Shown here piece after piece: positions 1 to 9,213 of a stretch of 64,000 nucleotides of DNA. Origin of the DNA: an uncultured Ruminococcus sp. (GTDB lineage: Bacteria; Bacillota; Clostridia; Monoglobales; Monoglobaceae); assembly GCA_902760955.1 (NCBI GenBank), contig CACWIG010000006.1:1354-65353 (forward strand), written 5' to 3'. A model generated the notes under the pieces. That model had not been told where the DNA came from, did no database searches, and was given only the letters and a program-made list of their open reading frames with translations. How positions within the stretch are numbered: position 1 is the stretch's first letter; the number at the start of each line of letters is the position of its first letter. Made by a program: the position numbers and the translations under genes.

Positions 1-1046
1 CCATCGTCTATTACAAACAGCTCCGCTCCGATTTCCTTTGCCTTGTCAATAAAACCAAGACACTTTTCTTCATTAACGTCCATTTCATAAGGATACCAGG
101 AGTTATAGATAATAGGAAATATATTATTTATCTTTGAACGGGGAGCGAGAAAATCAAATTGATAATCATATAATGTCTCACTCATTTTCTCGTATCCGCT
201 CTTTGAATATCCGATTGTGAGTACAGGTGTTTCAAATGACTCTCCCTCATTTAAAGTGATTTCACAATCAAAGTCATTTACACCTGCCGTTACCGTAATC
301 TGTTCTGTGTACGGATGCTCTATCTCTATTTTAAAGTTACCGCTCCAGTGCAACAGTCCATACCAAACGTCACCTTGTGTTTCGGTGGCGTTGCCCTCGT
401 CTAAAGCGAAAAACGGAACAAAGTGCGGGCCTGATGATGTTCCTCTGTTGTTGTCGATAACAAATCTTCCCCGAGGCAAGTCAACATATTGCTTTTGTGC
501 CTCCTTGCCCCATCTTCCCTGCATATACATAAGACGCATATCTCTCGCCCAGGGAACATATACTGTGCCTGACTTCATTTTATCTAAGACAACAGGCTCT
601 TTACAAGAATTTTTAATAATTGCATTTTTACTTATTATATCCAGATTGTTATATGTTCGGTATACAAGCTCTACAAACAAGGAATAATATTCGTCCTTCA
701 TAATAATGCTTAGTTTTTCGCCATCTTCAAGCTGTGTTATCCTGTGAGATTGATATACCAAAATTACATCTCTTGTGCCATCTGCAAATTCAGGTAAAAG
801 ACAGGGTTCTTCGTAGCTCAATCTGCCCCTGCCTGTATATTCTTCCCTTGAGGGCGCAGGAAACCAAAATGTGCCTTTACAACCATAGCTGAGTGGCATC
901 TCGGTTTCAAGATCGTTGTAATTTTCTATTCTTTTGCCCCAATAGAGGTTTCTCAATGCTCCCCCCTCGTCAACCATCATAACATAGGAAGCAGTGTTTG
1001 TCTGTATGGCAAATGTCTTGCTATTTGCATCATAAATAATACTCAT
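1..1046 (-). CDS. Alpha-galactosidase, GH36 family (N-terminal ~348 aa; 3' end lies beyond the left window edge)
   Basis: Runs off the edge so it is absent from the ORF track. My translation from ATG (1046-1044, AAGGAG upstream) gives MSIIYDANSKTFAIQTN...DVWYGLLHWSGNF...IYNSWYPYEMDVNEEK...AELFVIDDG, typical of the GH36 melibiase N-terminal domain and start of the catalytic barrel. Confidence 0.8.
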   Translation of the reverse strand, partial: MSIIYDANSKTFAIQTNTASYVMMVDEGGALRNLYWGKRIENYNDLETEMPLSYGCKGTFWFPAPSREEYTGRGRLSYEEPCLLPEFADGTRDVILVYQSHRITQLEDGEKLSIIMKDEYYSLFVELVYRTYNNLDIISKNAIIKNSCKEPVVLDKMKSGTVYVPWARDMRLMYMQGRWGKEAQKQYVDLPRGRFVIDNNRGTSSGPHFVPFFALDEGNATETQGDVWYGLLHWSGNFKIEIEHPYTEQITVTAGVNDFDCEITLNEGESFETPVLTIGYSKSGYEKMSETLYDYQFDFLAPRSKINNIFPIIYNSWYPYEMDVNEEKCLGFIDKAKEIGAELFVIDD

Positions 1047-1154
1047 ATCAAATCTCCTTACTCACATAATTATACTATTTATCATATTATAACAATTCTT
1101 TTTTAACAATGCTATACATTTCTTTGGATAAACTATTCATTTTTTTAGATTTTA

Positions 1155-1184
1155 TTGACATTTATGTTACCAATGCTGTATACT
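1155..1184 (+). promoter_or_regulatory. Candidate sigma-A promoter of the AraC gene
   Basis: TTGACA (1155-1160), 18-nt spacer, TATACT (1179-1184), just upstream of RBS GGAGTG and ATG 1207. Confidence 0.4.
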
Positions 1185-1206
1185 TACAATATAGGAGTGA
1201 TGCCAT

Positions 1207-2034
1207 ATGAAAAAAAATTCAAATATAAAGCTTGCTACTATGTCAGCGGCAAAGGGTGACATATTTCTTGAAAAAAGAAATACGCGTTCTTCTACCCTTC
1301 ATTCGCATACATATTTTGAACTTGAGATTTATTTGTCAGGGAAGGGAGAAGTTCGCCTAAACGACAACATACTGCCTATCAAAAAGGGTGTTGCCGCTCT
1401 TATTGCCCCCACTGATATTCACGAAATCAAATCATATGACAATTCACCTATTGAACTTCTTAATTTATCATTTATGGGAAGTACAACAAATCAGGATATA
1501 ACTCGTAAAATTTTAATGAGTTCAGGGAGCGGTCTGTTCTGTTTTTGCGAAGACGATATCGAAAAAGCGTGCAGTCTTTTTAATTATGCTATGTCAGAGC
1601 AGAACATAACCACTCCAAAATCTGACGATTTTTCGGAAAAATGTATAGAGGCACTTTTAACCTTGGCACTGCGTTATACTAATATCGAAAATAATCCGCA
1701 AAAACCCTCTCATATATCAGAGGCAATCAGCTATATTCATTCACACTTAAGCGAAGAGATTACCCTTTCAAATGTCGCAGATGCTGTTGGTTTAAATGCA
1801 GCATATTTATCTATGCTTTTTTCCTCACAAATAGGACAAAGCTTTAAAGGCTACATAATAAATGCACGCATAGCCTATGCAAAAAAGCTGATGAATGTAA
1901 GAGGAATTTCTCCTACTCAATCTTGTTACGCATCAGGCTTTAACTCATATCCAAGCTTTCTCAGAGCTTTCAAAAAAGCCACAGGCATATCACCCGTTGA
2001 TTATTTTAAACAAAAAAATGACTCAACCCGTTAA
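1207..2034 (+). CDS. AraC family transcriptional regulator (cupin sensor plus C-terminal HTH)
   Basis: 275 aa. N-terminal cupin-like HSHTYFELEIYLSGKG...DIHEI. C-terminal AraC double HTH (LSNVADAVGLNAAYLSMLF...GFNSYPSFLRAFKKATGISPVDY). Divergent from the GH36 gene. Confidence 0.85.
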   Translation: MKKNSNIKLATMSAAKGDIFLEKRNTRSSTLHSHTYFELEIYLSGKGEVRLNDNILPIKKGVAALIAPTDIHEIKSYDNSPIELLNLSFMGSTTNQDITRKILMSSGSGLFCFCEDDIEKACSLFNYAMSEQNITTPKSDDFSEKCIEALLTLALRYTNIENNPQKPSHISEAISYIHSHLSEEITLSNVADAVGLNAAYLSMLFSSQIGQSFKGYIINARIAYAKKLMNVRGISPTQSCYASGFNSYPSFLRAFKKATGISPVDYFKQKNDSTR

Positions 2035-2054
2035 ATCGGTTGAGTCATTTTTAA
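2014..2054. terminator. Bidirectional hairpin terminator between convergent genes
   Basis: AAAAATGACTCAACC-cgttaaatc-GGTTGAGTCATTTTT, flanked by A- and T-runs. It overlaps the AraC stop and lies just before the SGNH gene stop at 2062. Confidence 0.6.
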
Positions 2055-2061
2055 AGCAGAT

Positions 2062-2682
2062 TTACAGTGCTTTGAAAGCCTTAATCCATTCGTTTTTAAT
2101 AAATTCGTGTCCCTTTGCAGTAGGATGAACTCCGTCAATGAGCCAATAGCTTGCCTCTCTAACCTTAGCAAGTTCATCAAAACCTTCCTGAAGCTTTATA
2201 AAAGGCAAATTATACTTATCTGCAATCATTTTAGCCTTAACACTCTTAGCCTTAACCTCTGAACTGAACTCTTCCCATCTTCCCTCAGTCGCACTTGCCT
2301 TTAAACAGAACGGCTCAAGTATCATTATTTTAACATCAGGCAGAGCCTCTTTAATTTCTTCAATCAACATATCGTATATTTTGTAATATTTTTCTGTGTC
2401 AACACCATTTGGTTGGTCTGAAAATTCGTGCCATACATCATTTACGCCTATCAAAATGCTGATAACATCAGGATTAAGGTTTATGATGTCGCGTTTAATT
2501 CTTGCATAAAGGTCAACAACTCTGTTTCCGCTTACACCTCTGTTTATAAATTCATACTTTGTCGGCTCTTCAAAGCCAAGTGTCGCCTCTACCAATCTCG
2601 GATATCCTACGCCTAACGCTGTATCATTTTCTCGGCTGCGGCCTGCATCTGTTATTGAATCCCCCTGAAATAAAATTTTCAT
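2062..2682 (-). CDS. SGNH/GDSL family hydrolase (esterase/lipase)
   Basis: 206 aa. Block I MKILFQGDSITDAGR, block III GVNDV, block V DGVHPTAKGH. Confidence 0.85.
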   Translation of the reverse strand: MKILFQGDSITDAGRSRENDTALGVGYPRLVEATLGFEEPTKYEFINRGVSGNRVVDLYARIKRDIINLNPDVISILIGVNDVWHEFSDQPNGVDTEKYYKIYDMLIEEIKEALPDVKIMILEPFCLKASATEGRWEEFSSEVKAKSVKAKMIADKYNLPFIKLQEGFDELAKVREASYWLIDGVHPTAKGHEFIKNEWIKAFKAL

Positions 2683-2750
2683 AATTTTTACCTCTCTTTA
2701 TTTGTTATATATTTTTATAAAATTAATCTTCAGTATATTGCATAATTGTT

Positions 2751-2789
2751 CGTTTGTTTTCGGAACAAAAGATGACTCCGTCCCCTACA
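2751..2789 (-). repeat. GTAG-hairpin repeat (family B), decayed copy
   Basis: Reverse strand reads CTTGTAGGGGACGGAGTCATCTTTTGTTCCGAAAACAAACG. Head and tail are intact but the 3' stem arm is mutated toward AT. Confidence 0.5.
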
Positions 2790-2790
2790 A

Positions 2791-2889
2791 GTTATAATTC
2801 AAAATAATTTTTTCTTTGCGGTTGGGCTTGGCAACCATATGGGCTTTGGGCAATTATTCATTAAAATTATTTTGGAATTTACAATTTGT
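2791..2889 (+). repeat. Family A structured intergenic element, copy 1
   Basis: AATTCAAAATAATTTTTT..GGTTG-GGCTTGG-CAACC-ATATGGGCTTTGGGCAAT..AAAATTATTTTGGAATTTACAATTTGT. Aligns along its full length with the copies at 7621, 26276 and 38398. Confidence 0.75.
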
Positions 2890-2924
2890 CATTAAACAGA
2901 TAATTTATTGCATACTCCAAGGCT

Positions 2925-2958
2925 GTTTTCGGGACGTCGGGGACGCCGTCCCCTACAA
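2925..2958 (-). repeat. GTAG-hairpin repeat (family B), canonical GGGACG type
   Basis: Reverse strand reads TTGTAGGGGACGGCGTCCCCGACGTCCCGAAAAC, identical to the copies at 52916 and 55036. Confidence 0.8.
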
Positions 2959-2972
2959 TGTGATATATCTTA

Positions 2973-3020
2973 TGTAGGTGTTTTTTCGAGACAAATGAGA
3001 ATGTCGTCCCATACAAATGT
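2973..3020 (-). repeat. GTAG-hairpin repeat (family B), decayed copy
   Basis: Reverse strand reads ACATTTGTATGGGACGACATTCTCATTTGTCTCGAAAAAACACCTACA. Head TTGTATGGGACG, tail CGAAAAAAC and CCTAC are kept but the stem is degraded. Confidence 0.5.
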
Positions 3021-3061
3021 AAAATAATTTATCTGTTTGAAGAAATACGTAACACGTCACG

Positions 3062-3095
3062 TGTAGGGTTCGGCGTCCTCGACGAACCGAAAAAT
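3062..3095 (+). repeat. GTAG-hairpin repeat (family B), GGTTCG/CGAACC stem variant
   Basis: TGTAGGGTTCGGCGTCCTCGACGAACCGAAAAAT. Same head, loop (GCGTCCTCGA) and tail as the canonical copies, with a different complementary stem. Confidence 0.75.
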
Positions 3096-3180
3096 GTCTA
3101 AAAATATACATCAAATCATCCGTTTGGCAAATATGTAACACACTCCCGACCACGTGGTATATCACACATATGTAGATATT

Positions 3181-3219
3181 GTTTTTCAGAACATCATAGA
3201 TGTCGTCCCATACAAATGT
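3181..3219 (-). repeat. GTAG-hairpin repeat (family B), AT-decayed copy
   Basis: Reverse strand reads TTGTATGGGACGACATCTATGATGTTCTGAAAAAC. It aligns base-for-base with the canonical unit, and all 9 substitutions are GC-to-AT. Confidence 0.6.
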
Positions 3220-3261
3220 ATTCAGCATTTAATCTACAAATCCAGATTTCATTGGACAATT

Positions 3262-4388
3262 TCAGGCTTTGCATTTCTTTTCTGTTTTTAAAATCATAAA
3301 TAGCAATAATACAAAAAAGAGAGCAAGATGCAATGGCATAAACCTTATACTAATATTATTGGCAATCAAGCCGAAAATCGGCGGCATAAATGTAGAGCCT
3401 ACATATGCACTTGCCATTTGAATTCCTATAATCCCTTGCGAATTTTCCGCACCAAAATTATATGGTGTGGAATGAATGATACACGGATATATCGGTGCAC
3501 ATCCAAGACCTATTATAACAAAGCCGATAACAGACGCAATTTTCAACGGCAATATAATGCATAAAACTCCAATCAAAGCTACACTTGTGCCGAGGTAAAT
3601 CATTTTATTATCGCCAAGTTTATCTGTGATAAATCCCGAAATAAATCTCCCTGCCGTAAGTCCTATAAAGAACAATGCACCAAAACCGGCTGCAGCCTCC
3701 TTGGTCAATCCTCTTGTACTTTCTAAGTAACTGCTTGCCCAAAGCATCGTTGTAGCCTCCGCCGCACAGTACGCAAAAAAACCTATCAACAAATATGGTA
3801 CTCCTTTTATTTTCAAAGCACCTCTAATTCCAAGAACTGCTGAATTTCTTTTTTCAAATATGGTGAATTTATTTATCTTCCATAATGGAATAGTAGCTAA
3901 CAACACAGCCAAAATGACAAACTGCAAACACGAAACCATACGATAACCATCTGTCCAGGAGTTGTGCATCAACGCATAACTCATTATATAAGGACTGATA
4001 ATTGTTCCCACTCCCCAAAAACAGTGCAACCAACTCATATGCTTTGATTTATAATGAAGAGCAACATAATTATTTAATGCCGCATCAATTGAACCTGCAC
4101 CCAATCCATATGGTATCCCCCATAAACACATATGATAAAATTCAGTCGATTTTGAAAATCCCCACAAAGCAACTGCCGTTAAGGCAACACTCACAAGGGT
4201 AATGGTTCTTGTACCCAACTTCTTGGTAAGTCTTTCAGCCTCTTTCTGGCTCATAAAATAAATCCCATATAAGACAGAGGAACATCAAATGCAACACGAA
4301 TTGCAGGCCAGGCCGAACCCAACAAAGAATCAGGCAATCCAAGACTTATAAAAGCCAGATATATAACAAGTAACAGTAATAAATACAT
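3262..4388 (-). pseudogene. MFS transporter, frameshifted (or assembly indel)
   Basis: The N-terminal 45 codons from ATG 4388 (MYLLLLLVIYLAFISLGLPDSLLGSAWPAIRVAFDVPLSYMGFIL) end at TGA 4253-4251. The remaining 330 codons (4254-3262, ..KHMSWLHCFWGVG..) are in another frame (offset 134 nt). Both parts read as one MFS protein. Confidence 0.6.
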
Positions 4389-4460
4389 CTTAACATATTC
4401 CTTTCCTTTCGATTACCTTTCAAAATCACGGTTCGGGTTTATAATATCAGCCTATTTTAC

Positions 4461-4505
4461 ACAAAACTAAAAACGTCATCAAAATTATGACGTTCTTAGT
4501 TTTGT
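4461..4505. terminator. Long AT-rich palindrome, possible terminator after the capD-like gene
   Basis: ACAAAACTAAAAACGTCAT-caaaatt-ATGACGTTCTTAGTTTTGT, a 19-bp stem with one mismatch. There is no clean U-tract on the minus strand. Confidence 0.4.
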
Positions 4506-4525
4506 CTATAATTCTATCATCATCT

Positions 4526-6517
4526 TTATGACAAAACAGGCTCCGGTTGATTGTTTTTTTCATTAACCTCGATTGACTTTGCGTTCACTTCATCTGACCT
4601 CTTAAACGTCGGAACCACCTCTCTCAAGGCATCTCTGACTAAATCATCATCTTCTGTTTCGCAAGCCTTTTGCAGAATTTCCATCTTTTTGTCGATTTCT
4701 TCCTTGCTCAAAGGCAAATCGTGTTCAATAAAAATCAACTTATTATCAGTTTTATCGAGTTCCGCTGTTTTAACAAGGAGTTCTTCATAGAGCTTTTCGC
4801 CAGGTCTAAGCCCTGTTTCAACAATTTCAATTCCGCTGACGCCTGACAGGCGAATCATACTCTCAGCCAAATCAAGAATTTTAACAGGCTGACCCATATC
4901 AAGAACAAACAATTCTCCGTTTTTTGCCATAGCACCGCTTTCCAGAACTAATTGACTTGCCTCAGGAATAGTCATAAAATAGCGAATTATTCTTTTATCA
5001 GTTATCGTGATGGGACCACCGTTTGCAATCTGTTTCTTAAACAATGGGATAACAGAACCGGCTGAACCCAACACATTTCCGAAACGAGTTGAACTATACT
5101 TCACTTTGCCGTGTATACTTGCACTCTGAACAAGCATTTCACACATACGCTTTGTCGCACCCATAACATTTGTCGGATTAACCGCTTTATCCGTAGATAC
5201 CATCATAAAACGCTCTGCATCGTATTTCTCACATAAATCAATTACGTTTTTTGTTCCAAACACGTTGTTGCAAACTGCCTCTACACAGTTGTTTTCCATA
5301 AGCGGAACGTGCTTATGAGCCGCAGCATTAATAACAATCTGCGGATGATATTTTTTAAATACACATTCAAGAGCCCTTTTGTTTGTAATAGAACAAATCT
5401 CTATATGTAAATTCAAGCGATTGCCGTATAATATTTTCAATTCCTGTTGAACATCATATGCGCCGTTTTCGTATATATCCAAAATAATAATCTGTTTTGG
5501 TTGCATCTTTGCCAACTGTCGACAAAGCTCTGAACCAATAGAGCCGCCGCCACCTGTTATCAATATAACTTTATCCTGATAGTATTTGCTGGTACGTTCA
5601 TTTGCGACAACCAATTGCTTTCTGAACAGCAATTCTTCAACATCAAACTCCCTGAGATGTCGTTTTCCTTCTGTCGTATACATTGTTGGGTAATCATATA
5701 CCTTAACCTTGAACCCTGCCTCCTTGTAATAATCATAGAGAGACTTTTTCTTTTCCGCATTCATTGACGGAATAGCAAAAACAATTTCCTGTACCTCAAA
5801 TGCCTCAAGCATTTTTAGGGTCACTTTATCTTCCGAGAAAACAGGAATACCGTGTATTTCGCGCCCCGCTTTTTCCTTTTTAATATCAATAAAACATCTC
5901 GGAACATATGCAGATTCTTTATTGCTTAAAAGTTCCTCCGCAAGACTGACACCCACACGTCCGGCACCGATAATTGCAATTTTGATTTTATGTGCATCCT
6001 TCCCCTTATCTGTCTCCAATCCCGCTAAAAGCCAAAGGGCAAAAGACGCAATCTTCCCTATTATATTATCTTGACCTCCGCACTTATACGCATAACGATA
6101 AAACATACGCATTGTCAATGCTCCCAACAAATTCAATGTGAACAACGACAAAGACCTGACAAACATATCTTTTTCAATGGGGAAAAGTAAATCAACGCAC
6201 AAATATATAAGAAAGGCAACAAAATCGGTGAATATCAATCTGATGTAACATTGTATTCCGCCATATCTCCATACCTGTCCGTATATATTTCCAACAATAC
6301 GGGCAGTAAAAATACAGGCAGCCGATATAACTATCTGTTGGATAATCCCATCTATAGTTAAATTCTTTGCTCCCTCATACAAAATAAACAAAACAATGGC
6401 TATGGCAACATAAATTATAGCATCGTACAAAACAAGCATCCATCTTATGTTTCTTTTGTTCCATATTGTTTTATGTTTTTTGTTTTTTGAATCAATTTTA
6501 TTGCCAGCAAAACACAT
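4526..6517 (-). CDS. Membrane-anchored NDP-sugar 4,6-dehydratase/epimerase (CapD/PglF/WbpM family polysaccharide biosynthesis protein)
   Basis: 663 aa. Four to five N-terminal TM helices, two Rossmann motifs (IIGAGRVG, ITGGGGSIG) and the CapD-type core ..STDKAVNPTNVMGATKR... Confidence 0.8.
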   Translation of the reverse strand: MCFAGNKIDSKNKKHKTIWNKRNIRWMLVLYDAIIYVAIAIVLFILYEGAKNLTIDGIIQQIVISAACIFTARIVGNIYGQVWRYGGIQCYIRLIFTDFVAFLIYLCVDLLFPIEKDMFVRSLSLFTLNLLGALTMRMFYRYAYKCGGQDNIIGKIASFALWLLAGLETDKGKDAHKIKIAIIGAGRVGVSLAEELLSNKESAYVPRCFIDIKKEKAGREIHGIPVFSEDKVTLKMLEAFEVQEIVFAIPSMNAEKKKSLYDYYKEAGFKVKVYDYPTMYTTEGKRHLREFDVEELLFRKQLVVANERTSKYYQDKVILITGGGGSIGSELCRQLAKMQPKQIIILDIYENGAYDVQQELKILYGNRLNLHIEICSITNKRALECVFKKYHPQIVINAAAHKHVPLMENNCVEAVCNNVFGTKNVIDLCEKYDAERFMMVSTDKAVNPTNVMGATKRMCEMLVQSASIHGKVKYSSTRFGNVLGSAGSVIPLFKKQIANGGPITITDKRIIRYFMTIPEASQLVLESGAMAKNGELFVLDMGQPVKILDLAESMIRLSGVSGIEIVETGLRPGEKLYEELLVKTAELDKTDNKLIFIEHDLPLSKEEIDKKMEILQKACETEDDDLVRDALREVVPTFKRSDEVNAKSIEVNEKNNQPEPVLS

Positions 6518-6848
6518 TTTTATACCCTTCCTATAATAGATAGTTTGATAGGTTCACACATAGGTCATTATACCACACACTAATAAAATAGTCAATATTT
6601 TTACTGAAATTTAGTCAAAATTCTATGTAATTTTTGTTGTATTTTCATCTATGCTGCTTATAATTAAAATAAATACAAAAGATAATGTTAAAAAAGTATG
6701 ACAAAAATGATAACTTTGCGGAAAGTTATCCACAATTTACAATTGTCTAATGTTATTTTAATTTGTAATATTGATTTTATATTTAGTGTATGCTATAATT
6801 ATATAAAAATAACTATGTAAGCTGTAATTCACGCAAGGGGTATTTAGT

Positions 6849-7592
6849 ATGAGCTTATTCTTGACATTGGCTTTTTTGTTTTTTATAGGTTCTGTATCGG
6901 GTTGGGTACTTGAACTGTTTTTCAGAAGATTTATTTCTTCAGGCAATCCCGACAGAAAATGGATTAATCCCGGTTTTTGCACAGGTCCGTACCTGCCTTT
7001 ATACGGAGTAGGACTTTGTGTTCTGTATCTTATTGCCTCAGCAGAACAGAAATTATCTTTTTCGTATGTATACTTACAAAAAATTGCATTATTTTTGATT
7101 ATGGCAATTTGTCTTACTGTGGTTGAATATATAGCAGGCATTATAAGCATAAAAATCGCAAAAGTTCGTTTATGGGATTACAGCGACGAATGGGGAAATA
7201 TACAAGGTATTATTTGTCCAAAGTTTTCTTTTTTCTGGAGTCTGCTCGGTGCACTATATGGCTTCCTTGTTCACCCATACATAAACGATGCACTCGATTG
7301 GTTTTCTAAAAACCTGGCGTTTTCTTTTGTTATCGGAATGTTTTTCGGTATATTTGTAATTGATGTTGTGCACTCGTTCCAGCTTGTTGCAAAACTAAAA
7401 AGATATGCCGAAGAAAACGACGTTATCGTACGCTATGAAGCTATTAAAAACGATATCAGAAGCAGATATGAAAAGACCAAAGAGAAATATCATTTTTTCA
7501 GACCTTTCCGTTCGGATATTCCTCTGTATGAGCATTTATCAAAGTTACATAATTCATTTGAAAAAAGAAAAAGGAAAAACAAAAGGAAATAA
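6849..7592 (+). CDS. Integral membrane protein (resembles the putative ABC-transporter type IV / CmpB-like family)
   Basis: 247 aa with several TM segments. N-terminus FFIGSVSGWVLELFFRRF..NPGFCTGPYLPLYGVG is reminiscent of that family. The assignment is from memory only. Confidence 0.5.
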   Translation: MSLFLTLAFLFFIGSVSGWVLELFFRRFISSGNPDRKWINPGFCTGPYLPLYGVGLCVLYLIASAEQKLSFSYVYLQKIALFLIMAICLTVVEYIAGIISIKIAKVRLWDYSDEWGNIQGIICPKFSFFWSLLGALYGFLVHPYINDALDWFSKNLAFSFVIGMFFGIFVIDVVHSFQLVAKLKRYAEENDVIVRYEAIKNDIRSRYEKTKEKYHFFRPFRSDIPLYEHLSKLHNSFEKRKRKNKRK

Positions 7593-7620
7593 TTATTACA
7601 CAGATTTGGTAATTATAAAA

Positions 7621-7730
7621 TGTAGAAAATCTCCGCAAAATCCGAAATAATTTTTTACATTGCAGTTTGGGCTTGGCATCTGTATGGGCAAAGGGCAATA
7701 TTCAATAAAATTATTTCGGATTTACAACTT
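7621..7730 (+). repeat. Family A structured intergenic element, copy 2 (with degenerate B-like head fused at the 5' end)
   Basis: TGTAGAAAATCTCCGCAAAATCCGAAATAATTTTTTACATTGCAGTTTGGGCTTGGCATCTGTATGGGCAAAGGGCAATATTCAATAAAATTATTTCGGATTTACAACTTG. The arms TCCGAAATAATTTT and AAAATTATTTCGGA are perfectly complementary. Confidence 0.75.
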
Positions 7731-7800
7731 GCACGTTATCTTTATTTCACGCAGTTCTCACGTTTCACAAACGACTAAATCAATATAAAGGGGAAAGACT

Positions 7801-8589
7801 ATGTTTACATTGGATAACATTTTACAAATCCTAAAACCATTAACAAAAGCTGCACTTGTTCTTCTTATCGGTCACTTTATCATTGTTTATATTATCAAAA
7901 TAATAAACCGCGGTTTTGAACGAAGCAAAGTTGATAATTCACTTGCAATTTTTTTATCAAAAGGAATTAATATTATTCTTCATATATTGATAATCCTCTC
8001 TGCATTGAATAGTCTCGGAATATCCACAGGCGGAATTATAGCCGCTTTCTCTGCCGCTGTTGTTGCTGTCGGCGTTGCTTTGAAGGATTCCCTGGGCAAT
8101 GTGGCAGGAGGTATATTACTGTTACTTTCACCTCGTTTTCACGCAGGCGATTATATTAAAACAGACACAGATGAGGGTACAGTTATAGATATCGGTATGC
8201 TTCATACCACAATACGAACATTTGATAACAAACAGATAAGCATTCCCAATGGAACTTTGATTAACAGCCACATAACAAATTATTCTGCAGAAGAAACAAG
8301 ACGAGTCGACCTAACCTTCTCCATACCTTACGAAACAGATGCTGAAACTGCGAAATCTATTATCAAAAATACGATTTTAAGCCGACCAAAAATTTTAACT
8401 CAGCCGTCAGAACCCTTTGTACGCGTTATCAGTTACGGAGAAAGCTCCGTTAACATCATTACAAGAACGTGGTGTAACACAGAAGATTATTGGGATGTTT
8501 ACTTTGACTTAAATGAGCAGATACGATATGCACTAAAAAAAGAGGGTATAGATATTCCATACAACCAACTTGATGTTCATATAAAATAA
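7801..8589 (+). CDS. Small-conductance mechanosensitive channel (MscS family)
   Basis: 262 aa. Three TM helices, then the MscS beta-domain (GDYIKTDTDEGTVIDIGMLHTTIRTFDNKQISIPNGTLINSHITNYS). Confidence 0.85.
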   Translation: MFTLDNILQILKPLTKAALVLLIGHFIIVYIIKIINRGFERSKVDNSLAIFLSKGINIILHILIILSALNSLGISTGGIIAAFSAAVVAVGVALKDSLGNVAGGILLLLSPRFHAGDYIKTDTDEGTVIDIGMLHTTIRTFDNKQISIPNGTLINSHITNYSAEETRRVDLTFSIPYETDAETAKSIIKNTILSRPKILTQPSEPFVRVISYGESSVNIITRTWCNTEDYWDVYFDLNEQIRYALKKEGIDIPYNQLDVHIK

Positions 8590-8596
8590 AATTTGC

Positions 8597-8625
8597 TTGA
8601 AAACATACAAAACATATGTTATTAT
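8597..8625 (+). promoter_or_regulatory. Candidate sigma-A promoter of the Rrf2 gene
   Basis: TTGAAA (8597-8602), 17 nt, TATTAT (8620-8625). Confidence 0.5.
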
Positions 8626-8667
8626 AGTATATTATAAATAAAAAATCAAAAGAGAGAGGCATATTTT

Positions 8668-9105
8668 ATGAAGATATCGACAAAAGGAAGATACGCTTTG
8701 CGTATGCTGATTGACCTTGCACAGCACAAAGACGAAGGTTTTATAGCCTTAAAGGATATTGCGGAAAGACAAGGTATATCCAAAAAATATTTAGAACAGA
8801 TAGTTCCCATATTAAATAAATCAGATATCCTGCAAACAAACCGCGGATATCAGGGCGGATACAGGCTTGCTCAGGAGCCGAGTAAGTATACAATAGGTAA
8901 AATACTACGTCTTACCGAAGGCAGTCTTGCTCCTGTTTCGTGCCTGGATAATACCACAAATCAGTGCGAACGCCGTGACGAATGTGTAACACTTTATATT
9001 TGGCAAGGACTTAACAAGGTTATCAACGATTATCTTGACAACATCACGCTTCAAGATGCATTAGACCACCAACAAGAGAGATATTCAAATGATTATATGA
9101 TTTAA
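8668..9105 (+). CDS. Rrf2 family transcriptional regulator (IscR/CymR-like)
   Basis: 145 aa. MKISTKGRYALRMLIDLA...wHTH, with Cys residues (C92, C100, C106) as in cluster-binding Rrf2 proteins. Confidence 0.85.
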   Translation: MKISTKGRYALRMLIDLAQHKDEGFIALKDIAERQGISKKYLEQIVPILNKSDILQTNRGYQGGYRLAQEPSKYTIGKILRLTEGSLAPVSCLDNTTNQCERRDECVTLYIWQGLNKVINDYLDNITLQDALDHQQERYSNDYMI

Positions 9106-9121
9106 ACCTTGCAATAAATTC

Positions 9122-9151
9122 TTGACAAACATACAGCTCATATGGTAAAAT
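9122..9151 (+). promoter_or_regulatory. Candidate extended -10 promoter of the preQ1-riboswitch leader
   Basis: TTGACA (9122-9127), 18 nt including TGG, TAAAAT (9146-9151). Confidence 0.55.
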
Positions 9152-9213
9152 GACATCAACAACTTAGGGTGATAGTATAAATCCGAACCGTGATTTGTAC
9201 TTTCACCCTAATC

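Noticed and set aside
2953-3228. ORF 2953-3228(-), 91 aa, in the repeat-rich spacer. The same applies to 7498-7698(-), 38241-38474(-), 38249-38455(-), 7405-7650(+) and 25989-26282(+).
   Set aside because: All of them are read across family A or B repeats or across terminators. They lack RBSs and have repeat-derived sequence, so they are not genes.
6709-6734. A perfect DnaA-box 9-mer, TTATCCACA (6726-6734), overlapping the palindrome GATAACTTT-gcgg-AAAGTTATC (6709-6730). With gyrA also in the window, this could suggest a replication origin.
   Set aside because: There is only a single box. No cluster of boxes, no AT-rich unwinding element pattern and no dnaA/dnaN/recF/gyrB are nearby. It is probably a chance match or a local operator in a divergent promoter region.
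6758-7150. ORF 6758-7150(-), 130 aa, overlapping the start of the membrane protein gene.
   Set aside because: It is antisense to a plausible multi-TM CDS and extends into the AT-rich promoter region. It has no RBS or recognisable domain.
9164-9211. The 5' hairpin of the yhhQ leader as a second (tandem) preQ1 aptamer.
   Set aside because: It lacks the UUC..AC loop features and the A-rich tail of preQ1-I. It is treated instead as part of the expression platform.
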